DNA from: an uncultured Candidatus Binatia bacterium
Lineage (GTDB): Bacteria; Desulfobacterota; Binatia; UBA9968; JAJDTQ01
DNA: 64,000 nt
Direction of reading: 5' to 3'
Assembly (NCBI GenBank): GCA_965213675.1
Contig: OZ243916.1
Location: 3,136,001 to 3,200,000, forward strand
Position 1 is the first letter of the stretch. Each line of letters opens with the position of its first letter. This document shows positions 56,465 through 64,000 of the stretch, piece after piece. Under the pieces are notes generated by a model, which did no database searches, had not been told where the DNA came from, and saw nothing but the letters and a program-made list of their open reading frames with translations. A program made the translations under genes and the position numbers.

Positions 56465-56768
56465 GGCTTGTTCCCTCCCCGTTGTGGATGGGCGTTCATC
56501 CGGCGTCGATGAGCGCTCCAGAAAACTCCGGATTCCAAACTCCAGACTCCAAACTTGGAATTCCATCTTCAACCTCAAGCACGCGTAAGCTCCATTCCGC
56601 ACCACGCCGTCGGGCCTTCATCCCGCAAGTTCATCCGTCTGATCCGGCGTATCATGTGCCGGATACCGGACAACGTTGAGTCCGGATCGCCGCATCGTCC
56701 TGGTAAAAAACTATGCATCATCCCCGTTTGCGAATCAAAAGGTCTGGAAAGCAGGGGATTCGTTCACC

Positions 56769-58226
56769 TCATGCGCGCGCCCCGTCAAGCTCCTTCACTC
56801 CGTTCAGGGCCGCGATCTTGTAGGCTTCTCCCAGGGTGGGGAAGTTGAAGACGTTGTCGATGAAATAGTCGAGGGTGCCGTTGTAGCTCAGCACGGCCTG
56901 ACCGATGTGAATCAACTCGCACGCTTGGTCGCCGATGATATGCACGCCCAGCAGATGCCAGTTGTTGGGCTCGAACAGGAGCGTCAGCATGCCGTGCGGG
57001 TCGCCGATGATTCCCGCCTTGGTTACCTCCTCGTAGACGGCCACGCCCTTGGCGTAAGGGATGCCCTTGGCGTCGAGTTCGTGCTGGGTGTACCCCACCA
57101 TGGCGATCTCGGGGATGGTGTAGACGCACGTGGGAAAGCGTGCACGGCGCCCGCCCGCCCGGCGTCCCAGGGCGTAACTGGCCGCCATGCGGCCCTGCTC
57201 GCTGCTGGTGGAGGCCAGCGCCGGAAAGCCGATGACGTCGCCCGCGGCGTAGATGCTCGGCACCGAGGTCTGGAACAGTTCGTTCACCTGGAGGAGCCCG
57301 TGCTCGGTGGTATCCACCCCCACGTCCTCAAGCCCCAGCACTCTGGAAGCCACCTCCCGGCCGCTGGCCACGATCACCGCGTCCGCCTCCAGCACGCGGC
57401 CGTCCGTCAGCGTCACCCGCGCCTTTTCTTCCGGCCCGGAGACCCGCTCGATCTTGTGGTACCAAGCGTCCCAGACGAACTCGACGCCCGAGTCCTCCAT
57501 GCGATGGATCAGCGTGTCTACGATGTGGCGTTCGGCGAAGGGCAGGAAGGAATGATCCCGCTGGATCAACGACACCCTGCAACCCAACACGGCGAAGGCC
57601 GAGCCGTATTCCGCGCCGATGACCCCGGCGCCCACCACGATCAGCGACTGCGGCAGGGTCTTGCGCTTGAACTCCAGGTTGAACACCGAGTCGGAGTCGA
57701 AGATGACCTCGTTGTCGATGGGTATGTCGGGGACGAAACGGGGTCGCGATCCGGCGGCGACGATGATCTTCTCCCCCGTGAGGTCGATGGCCTCCATGGG
57801 GTTCTTGAGCACCCAGGCATGCACCGAATTGGGACCGTCCAGCGTTGCATGGTAACCGCGGAAAATGTCGATCCGGTCTCCCTCGCGAAAAGCCTGAAGC
57901 TGGTCCTCCATCATGGCCACCCGCCGCTCCACCACCCTGCGCACGCGCAGGAACAGGTCGGACAGCGTAACGTCCTTTTTCTCGGTGAATCCGCTGCCGT
58001 AGAAGGAGCGCTGGCGCACGCCCCGGAGGTAGAGGATGGCCTCGCGCAGGGTCTTGCTGGGAATGGTGCCGGCCAGCAGCGTGGCGCCGCCGAGCGTCTC
58101 GTCCCGCTCCAGCATCGCCACCTTGGCGCCGAGTTCGCACGCCTGAACCGCGGCCGTGAAGCCCGCTGGACCGCTGCCGATGACGATGATGTCGTAGTCG
58201 AGAGCCTGCATGAGTTCTGGATGCAA
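56769..58226 (-). CDS. sthA: Soluble pyridine nucleotide transhydrogenase-like flavoprotein
   Basis: IGSGPAG, GTIPSKTLRE, GAGVIGAEY, GDVIGFPALASTS, ELIHIGQ, FNFPTL; no CxxxxC disulfide. Confidence 0.82.
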   Translation of the reverse strand: MHPELMQALDYDIIVIGSGPAGFTAAVQACELGAKVAMLERDETLGGATLLAGTIPSKTLREAILYLRGVRQRSFYGSGFTEKKDVTLSDLFLRVRRVVERRVAMMEDQLQAFREGDRIDIFRGYHATLDGPNSVHAWVLKNPMEAIDLTGEKIIVAAGSRPRFVPDIPIDNEVIFDSDSVFNLEFKRKTLPQSLIVVGAGVIGAEYGSAFAVLGCRVSLIQRDHSFLPFAERHIVDTLIHRMEDSGVEFVWDAWYHKIERVSGPEEKARVTLTDGRVLEADAVIVASGREVASRVLGLEDVGVDTTEHGLLQVNELFQTSVPSIYAAGDVIGFPALASTSSEQGRMAASYALGRRAGGRRARFPTCVYTIPEIAMVGYTQHELDAKGIPYAKGVAVYEEVTKAGIIGDPHGMLTLLFEPNNWHLLGVHIIGDQACELIHIGQAVLSYNGTLDYFIDNVFNFPTLGEAYKIAALNGVKELDGARA

Positions 58227-58394
58227 TGCAGCCTGTCCGGTTGCGGCGGGGGCGCCGAAAGCCGGGTCTCACACCGGTTCGTGGAACTGCCCCCACCGCC
58301 AGACCGTTGCAGGAAACTGCATACCAGATTGAACGGCCAGCGTCATCCGCGACCTGGGAGCCTCCCACGCGGCCGATGCGCACGGAAGCCGGCG

Positions 58395-59144
58395 CTATAC
58401 GCCGCTCAAGGCGCGGTAGATGAGCAGGGTTCCGGTGCACGCCAGCAGGACCAGGATGGCGCGGTTGAAGGTCTTTTGAGGGACGCGGTCCTGTACGCGC
58501 AGGCCCAGATAGAAACTCACCAGGATGAATCCGGTGACGAAGAGCGACAGCCGCAGCGCCTCGACGGTGAACAGTCCCCAGGTGGAGATGGCCACCACCT
58601 GCCAGAACTTGGCCATGATGAACGCGGTGGAGATGGCCTTGACGAACTCGGCCTTGTCCAGGCGCAGGCCGTGGAGGTAGAGCGCCATGACCGGTCCCAT
58701 GGTGTTGGTGAGTCCCAGGCAGAGCCCTCCGGCGAAGCCCATCACCGGCGACATCACCCGCTCCGCGTGCGGCGGCGTGGTGAGGGTGAAGGCGAACAGG
58801 CTCGATGCGGCGAATACCACCACGACGCTCCCCAGGATCAGGTTCAGCGCCCACAGGGGAAGCTGGGTCAGCTCCCAGGTGCCGAGGAACACGCCCGCCA
58901 GCGCGGACAGGAACATGGACGAAAAGCGCCGGAACATCTCCGTGGGGATGCCCCGGCGAAAGATCTGACTCAGATCCATGACCACGCTGGGAATCAGCAA
59001 CACCACGATGGCCATGCGGATATCCAGCAGCAGAGTGAGCATGGGCGTGGCGATGAGGGGAAACCCCATGCCGGTGGCGCCCTTGACGAAGCCGGCGAAA
59101 AAGATGGCCAGGGCCACCAGGACGAGGGTTCCGTCAATCACCAC
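58395..59144 (-). CDS. TauE/SafE-family membrane transporter
   Basis: AGFVKGATGMGFPL, ~8 TM, 249 aa. Confidence 0.82.
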   Translation of the reverse strand: MVIDGTLVLVALAIFFAGFVKGATGMGFPLIATPMLTLLLDIRMAIVVLLIPSVVMDLSQIFRRGIPTEMFRRFSSMFLSALAGVFLGTWELTQLPLWALNLILGSVVVVFAASSLFAFTLTTPPHAERVMSPVMGFAGGLCLGLTNTMGPVMALYLHGLRLDKAEFVKAISTAFIMAKFWQVVAISTWGLFTVEALRLSLFVTGFILVSFYLGLRVQDRVPQKTFNRAILVLLACTGTLLIYRALSGV

Positions 59145-59193
59145 GGATCAGGTCCCGGCGCCGGGCACGCATGCCGCGCGCACGTCCGGGTTT

Positions 59194-59216
59194 GGGCGAC
59201 CGCTGGTCGCCCCTAC
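59194..59216. repeat. GTAG-type REP-like sequence overlapping the UbiD stop codon
   Basis: Reverse strand reads GTAGGGGCGACCAGCGGTCGCCC; its TAG is the UbiD stop. Confidence 0.65.
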
Positions 59217-60841
59217 GGCTTCCATCGTTTCTGCGCGTCCTGCAGCCGCTCGCCCTTTGCCACCAGCACGGCTTGTTCGCTCAGGCTGGCGCCGACACGG
59301 TGGTGCTCGCCCCGCACCGCCTGCGCCGCCTCGTCGTCCAGTTCCGGCGGCCACATCCCCAGGGAATAGCCGTGCCACGGGTTGCCGTAGTTGAGTTGCG
59401 GCATGCCCAGTTCGTCCCACAGCTTGCGCGCCCGTTCCATGTATTCCCGGGCGGGCAGGGATACCGGCGGAAACTCGGCCTTCCGGGTGGCGTCGATGAG
59501 GAGCGAGGAGTCCTCGCTGTCATAGTCGCCGGGCTGGCCGTGCACGCGCACCAGGTTGATGGGGGAATGCACGGTCTGGCGGCCCTCGATGATGCGTACG
59601 TCCTTGTGCGGTTGGGAACGGTGGCAGATGGCCCAGTTGACCGCGGCGAAGTTCTCGGGGTCGATGTCGTCGTCCACCGCGATTACCACCTTGCCGAGGT
59701 CGTAGCGGAAACCCAGAACCGCCATCATGGCCTGCCACGGCTCCAGCTTGTGGGTCTTGCGCATCTGCACCACCACGAACTGGCGCAGGTTCACCAAGGG
59801 TTCGTGCATGCCCACCCGCACCACGCTCTTGAGGTTGCAGTGGTTGCGCAGGTGGTCCAGCACCAGCGACTCCCAGCCACGATGCTTGATCTTGCTGCTC
59901 TCGCTCGGCGTCACCTGGCTGAGGACGCCCACATAGTGGGGGTTCCGCCGGTGGGTGATGCAGGTGACCTCGAACACCGGGCTCAGGCTGCGCGGATCCA
60001 TGTAGCCGTGGGATTCGCCGAAGGGGCCCTCGGGCTCCAGCAGGTCGGTGCGGATGTGGCCCTCGATGACGATCTCGGCGTTGGCGGGCACCTCCAGGTC
60101 CACCGTCTCGCACTTCACCAGCGGCATGGGCCGGCCCAGGATGGCGCCCGCCACCCCCAATTCATCCACCCCGTAGGCGATCTTCTGCACCGCCACGTAG
60201 GACAGACACGGCACCGCTCCGATGACCCCGGCGGCGGGCAGCGGCTGCCCCAGGGCATTGGCCTTGTTCCAGTGGATGGCCAGGTCCTGCTGGCCGCTGA
60301 TGAGATAGACGCCGGTCTTGGTGGGAGACTTGATCTGCCCGCGGTAGTTGCCGACGTTGCGGATACCGGTCTCCGGGTCCTTGGTGATCCAGTGGCACGC
60401 GGTGAAGTAGGGGCCGTTGTCGAACCCCGGCGTGGAGATGGGCACGGGGAATTCGTCGAGGCCGCCGTGTTCCAGCAGGCCGTCGCCCACGTGGATCTCG
60501 TCCTTGACCGGACCGGTCTCCACCATCTCCGGGGCCAGCGGCGCGGCCACCGCCGCCGCCCACTTTTCGAAGCTCCTGCCGGGCTCGCAGCCCATGCCCA
60601 AAGCGTAGATGGCCTCGTTGGAGGCCAGCGCCCCCAGCACCACCGGGGTCTCGTACCGCCGGCCCTTGGCGTCGGTCACGTTGTCGAACAGGAACGCCCT
60701 GCGCTGGTGGTCCGGCAATCCCAGGAACTGCCAGCGCACCAGCGGATGCAACTCCGTGTCCTTGTCCACCGGGGCGGTCACCCGCATGAGCAGGCCCTGG
60801 CGGTCGAGCAGGTCGAGGTATTCGCGGAGGTCCTGGTACAT
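59213..60841 (-). CDS. UbiD-family (prFMN-dependent) decarboxylase
   Basis: YQDLREYL, NVGNYR, VPANAEIVIEG, EGPFGE, VDDDID, IDAT. Confidence 0.9.
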   Translation of the reverse strand: MYQDLREYLDLLDRQGLLMRVTAPVDKDTELHPLVRWQFLGLPDHQRRAFLFDNVTDAKGRRYETPVVLGALASNEAIYALGMGCEPGRSFEKWAAAVAAPLAPEMVETGPVKDEIHVGDGLLEHGGLDEFPVPISTPGFDNGPYFTACHWITKDPETGIRNVGNYRGQIKSPTKTGVYLISGQQDLAIHWNKANALGQPLPAAGVIGAVPCLSYVAVQKIAYGVDELGVAGAILGRPMPLVKCETVDLEVPANAEIVIEGHIRTDLLEPEGPFGESHGYMDPRSLSPVFEVTCITHRRNPHYVGVLSQVTPSESSKIKHRGWESLVLDHLRNHCNLKSVVRVGMHEPLVNLRQFVVVQMRKTHKLEPWQAMMAVLGFRYDLGKVVIAVDDDIDPENFAAVNWAICHRSQPHKDVRIIEGRQTVHSPINLVRVHGQPGDYDSEDSSLLIDATRKAEFPPVSLPAREYMERARKLWDELGMPQLNYGNPWHGYSLGMWPPELDDEAAQAVRGEHHRVGASLSEQAVLVAKGERLQDAQKRWKP

Positions 60842-60919
60842 GGAGGGTGCCTTTGGATCAAGGAACTCGGGACAGGATGAACCGGGTGTACAAGGGAGTC
60901 TCCCGGCGATTCCCTCGCT

Positions 60920-61702
60920 TCAGCGACCCTTGTAGCGCGGCTGGCGCTTGTCGCTGAAAGCGCGCGGTCCTTCGGCCGCGTCTTCGGTGCCGCCCACCAT
61001 GGCGCGGAATCCGGCCTCGAAACGGATGGCGTCGGCCAGCGGCAGGTCGAGGCCGCGCAGCACCACCTCCTTGAGCGCCTGAAGGGCCAGCGGCGGGCCG
61101 TCGGCGATGGACCGGGCCAGCTTTTCGGCCGCGGGCAGCAACTCGTCCCGCGGCACCACCCGATTCACCAGGCCGCAGCGGAAGGCCTCGTCCGCGGAGA
61201 CGGACTCGCCGGTATAGAGCATCTCCAGGGCCATGCCCAGCGGCATCAAGCGGGGCAGCCGCACGGTGCCGGAACTGCCCGGGAAGAACCCTCGCTTGAT
61301 CTCCGGCAAACCGAAGACCGCGTCCTCGCTGCACAGGCGGATGTCGCAGGACAGCGCGATCTCGAAGCCGCCGGCCAGGCAATAGCCGTGCACCGCGGCG
61401 ATCATGGGCTTCCACACGGGTTCCCGGCGTCCCGGATCCCGCGCCAGCGCCGAGGTCCAGAACTCCCGCGCCCGCGGGTCCCCGGCCACCGCCCGCTCCT
61501 TCAGGTCCATGCCGGTGGAGAAGGCGCGTTCGCCCGCCCCGCTCACCACCGCCACGCGCAGCGCCGGGTCGGCCGCGAAGGCATCCCACACCCGCCCCAG
61601 CTCCGCCCACATCGCCTCGTTCATGGCGTTGAGCCGCTCGGGCCGGTTCAGCGTGATGAAGGCGACACCGTCCCTGTTCTCGAGGTCGATGTGGGATGCC
61701 AC
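60920..61702 (-). CDS. Enoyl-CoA hydratase/isomerase family protein
   Basis: LNRPERLNA, AFSTGMDL, KPMIAAVHG, GGFEIAL, FGLPE. Confidence 0.9.
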   Translation of the reverse strand: MASHIDLENRDGVAFITLNRPERLNAMNEAMWAELGRVWDAFAADPALRVAVVSGAGERAFSTGMDLKERAVAGDPRAREFWTSALARDPGRREPVWKPMIAAVHGYCLAGGFEIALSCDIRLCSEDAVFGLPEIKRGFFPGSSGTVRLPRLMPLGMALEMLYTGESVSADEAFRCGLVNRVVPRDELLPAAEKLARSIADGPPLALQALKEVVLRGLDLPLADAIRFEAGFRAMVGGTEDAAEGPRAFSDKRQPRYKGR

Positions 61703-61725
61703 GTCGTTCTCAGGGTTTGCGAGGG

Positions 61726-61892
61726 CTAGGAGCTTGCGCCGCAGGAATTCACGGCTGCAAATCCGCTCTCATCCGTCCCTTCGGCCGCTCGATTTCGTCA
61801 AATATGACATGATATTCTCCTCAATCGACCAGCCGAAGGGACGGCGATAGCGAATTTTCGCTTTCGCGAATCCCTACGGCGCAAGCTCCTAG
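61726..61892. mobile_element. MITE-like element, family B full copy (167 bp)
   Basis: CTAGGAGCTTGCGCCG(C/T)AGG terminal IRs, CTAG at both ends; internal stem CCGTCCCTTCGGC/GCCGAAGGGACGG; partial copy at 38413. Confidence 0.85.
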
Positions 61893-62752
61893 TCGATGAA
61901 CTTCGCCAGGGTCTCGCCCCAGATGGCCTTGGTGGCGTCGAGGCTGATGTTGCCCGCGGCGATGTCCTGGATGCGCGCCTCGTCGATGGGGTAGCTGAAC
62001 TGCTCGTTGCGCATGCGCAGGCGCTGCACGCCGCGCTCCACCATGAGCGCGCGGGCGCCGTCCACGGCTTCCTGCGTGGTGAAGGCATCGGCGATCTGGT
62101 AGATGTTGGCCGGGCCGTGGCCGCGCTCGTCGTCGAGCACCACGGCGAAGGCCTCGGCCAGGCGGTCGTTGAGTTCGCTGCCGCTCAACTGGGTGGCGGC
62201 GTAGAACAGGCCGCAGCTACCGCCCTCCAACAGGCCCTGGGAGTTGATGAGCCGCGCCCAGGGCTCCTGGCGCGCTTCCTGCTCCCGGAAGACTTCGGCC
62301 AGCCGTACCCACTCCTTCATGTCGGGCAAGGACGGGTCGGGGTTCCAGCGGTTGTAGCGGCGCACCACCTGCTTGATGTCCACCCGTTCGCCGGTGAGCC
62401 ACTCGATGATGTCCACGCAGTAGTTGCCGTGGTTGAGCTCCTGCTTGGTGCGCCAGAGATTCTCCTCCAGCCAGTGCCGGTCCACGTCGCCGCCCCACTG
62501 GTCGACCCAGTACTGGTTCGCCTTGCCGAGGTCGCTGCCGACCTTGTCGACGATCTCCTTGAGGCCGGTGAAGGTGCTCTCGATCTCGCGGCCGGCCTGC
62601 TTGGTGAGCCAGATCACTTCCTTGTCGCGGTCCCGCTGATCCCAGTGGAAGTAGGTATCGGCGATCTCCGCCTCGCCCGCGGCGAAGATCGCCGATACCC
62701 GCGCCAGATCCCGCGTCGCCCGTTCCGTGAAGCCGTTCGCCGTATCGTTCAT
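61889..62752 (-). CDS. Uncharacterised ferritin-like (diiron-carboxylate) protein
   Basis: E...QELNH...LEGG...DERGH ligand pattern; GAAGGGAG before ATG 62752. Confidence 0.65.
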   Translation of the reverse strand: MNDTANGFTERATRDLARVSAIFAAGEAEIADTYFHWDQRDRDKEVIWLTKQAGREIESTFTGLKEIVDKVGSDLGKANQYWVDQWGGDVDRHWLEENLWRTKQELNHGNYCVDIIEWLTGERVDIKQVVRRYNRWNPDPSLPDMKEWVRLAEVFREQEARQEPWARLINSQGLLEGGSCGLFYAATQLSGSELNDRLAEAFAVVLDDERGHGPANIYQIADAFTTQEAVDGARALMVERGVQRLRMRNEQFSYPIDEARIQDIAAGNISLDATKAIWGETLAKFID

Positions 62753-62895
62753 GTGTTGTCTCCCTTCCTGGGGAAATGCTGTCCCCGCATGAACCGTCGC
62801 ACCGGAAAAGGGAAAGCCCCCTTGTCGCGCAGCAACGCGGGGGCTTCGGGACGCGCGCGGTGCGACCGTTCCGCGACACGCATCCTGAGGCGGCG

Positions 62896-63894
62896 CTACC
62901 CGCGGGAGCGCGCCAGCTTCCACTCCTCGCCGCGGACGGTCTCGTGGAACAGTTCGTCCACGTTGGGTTCCTTCCGGATCATGCCCTGCTCGCGGGAGTA
63001 GCGCGCGAGGGTGCCTACGTTGTTGCGGTTGGTGGCGTTGACGCCGTAGACCCAGGGGTCCTCACCCAGCAGGTTGAGCTGCTCCTCCCAGGAGTCCCGG
63101 AAGAAGGCCAGCGGCACGATGCGGGGGTTGTCCATGCGCCCGTAGGTCCACTGCTTGGCCTTCTCGAAGGCCACCATCAAGTTCATGGGCACCCAGGGAT
63201 GCTTGTCCACGATCTCCTGCTTGATGACCGTGGTGTGCATGATGGGGAAGATGCCGGTGCGCTGAAAGTAGTCCAGCTCCACCTGCTTGGGATCGTCGAA
63301 GATGCGCTTGACCCGGGTGTCGCCTTTCAGGATGGGCGCGAGGATGTCGGGGTGGATGACCGCGTCCAGTTCGCCCGCCACCAGCATGTCCTCGACGCGC
63401 TTGCCCTTGGGCAGGCGTTCCATGCGCAGTCCGGCCGGCGCATCGAAGGGCACGTCCTCTTCGCGCTCGGCGCGCCACTCCAGGTCCGTGAAGGCCACGC
63501 CGTACTCGTCCTGGAGGATGCCGCGGATCCACAGGAGCGCGGTGGCCTGCCAGTTCTTCAGCCCCACGGTCTTGCCGATGAGGTCCTTGGGTTCCCGAAT
63601 GCCCTTGCTGGCGTTGACGAAGACGAAGCCGTGGCGGAACCGGCGGTGCAGGAACACCGGAATGGCGGTGAGGTCGTCGGCCTCGCCCCGGTCCTTGGCC
63701 AGCAGGTACGACGAGCACGACTGTTCGGCCACGTCGAACTCGCGGTGGCGCGACACGCGCCAGTGGCGCGTGGACGAGTCCATGTCCGTCAGCACGGTCA
63801 GCTCGATGCCGTCCGGCTGGATCACTCCCTCCTTGAGCGCGCGGATGCTCTCGTAGTCGCCGCACGCCAGCGTCAAATGAAGTTTCTCGGCCAT
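62896..63894 (-). CDS. 4,5-dihydroxyphthalate decarboxylase (OphC)-like, periplasmic-binding-fold protein
   Basis: LTLACGDY, PVFLHRRFRH, WIRGIL, IFPIMH, DPWVYG; GGAGG RBS. Confidence 0.82.
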   Translation of the reverse strand: MAEKLHLTLACGDYESIRALKEGVIQPDGIELTVLTDMDSSTRHWRVSRHREFDVAEQSCSSYLLAKDRGEADDLTAIPVFLHRRFRHGFVFVNASKGIREPKDLIGKTVGLKNWQATALLWIRGILQDEYGVAFTDLEWRAEREEDVPFDAPAGLRMERLPKGKRVEDMLVAGELDAVIHPDILAPILKGDTRVKRIFDDPKQVELDYFQRTGIFPIMHTTVIKQEIVDKHPWVPMNLMVAFEKAKQWTYGRMDNPRIVPLAFFRDSWEEQLNLLGEDPWVYGVNATNRNNVGTLARYSREQGMIRKEPNVDELFHETVRGEEWKLARSRG

Positions 63895-63963
63895 GATCTC
63901 ACCTCCGATTCACATATCGTCCGGGCGCCGGAACCCTGGTGTCGTGTCCCGCGCATTTCCGCG

Positions 63964-64000
63964 ATGAGTCACAGGCGACCGGCGGTGGCCTGTGACTCAT
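63964..64000. repeat. Hairpin with REP-like loop at window end
   Basis: ATGAGTCACAGG...CCTGTGACTCAT; loop GCGACCGGCGGT matches the GTAG REP core. Confidence 0.6.

Noticed and set aside
56524-56564. Degenerate heptamer repeats (AACTCCA/GACTCCA) as CRISPR or contingency locus
   Set aside because: Only a few imperfect units, no spacers, intergenic; no function supportable.
56676-59369. 897-aa plus-strand ORF, and similar long ORFs at 28957-31443, 17864-20434 and 6217-8058
   Set aside because: Antisense shadows of well-supported genes, expected with high-GC codon bias; no recognisable motifs.
1-64000. CRISPR array, tRNA/rRNA, prophage, retron/DGR reverse transcriptase, selenocysteine recoding
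   Set aside because: No repeat-spacer periodicity, RNA gene signatures, phage or RT motifs, or genes split by in-frame TGA were seen by eye.

Overview
High-GC bacterial chromosomal segment from a Gram-negative organism (it encodes BamD, TolC and an outer-membrane barrel). The repertoire of ABC transporters, Rieske oxygenase, UbiD, luciferase-like enzyme and cupin-EutA suggests a heterotrophic deltaproteobacterial/Binatia-like lineage; this is inference only. From left to right: (1) a decayed mobile patch with a collapsed IS3::IS30 chimera, an internally deleted IS5 and a 165-bp MITE; (2) SDR, TolC, an extended BamD, a K+ channel, an amidase, modABC, an MFS transporter and a Rieske oxygenase alpha/beta pair; (3) an isoprenoid locus: hpnCDE-ispH, a convergent OM-barrel/LolA-like/MMPL trio, an MpaB/Lcp-like oxygenase and a variant dxs; (4) a cupin-EutA-like ATPase-molybdoenzyme operon with no eutBC; (5) apaG, an M20 hydrolase, a signal-less TAXI-fold protein, higBA, an LLM enzyme and an amidohydrolase; (6) three ABC amino-acid uptake operons; (7) sthA, TauE, UbiD, crotonase, a ferritin-like diiron protein and an OphC-like protein. 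I found no rRNA, tRNA or CRISPR array. The best leads are two CTAG-bounded ~165-bp repeat families sharing a strand-specific tandem G.A hairpin and often overlapping stop codons, the orphan cupin-EutA-Mo operon, and the squalene/oxygenase/exporter locus. All family calls come from motif recognition, not database searches.
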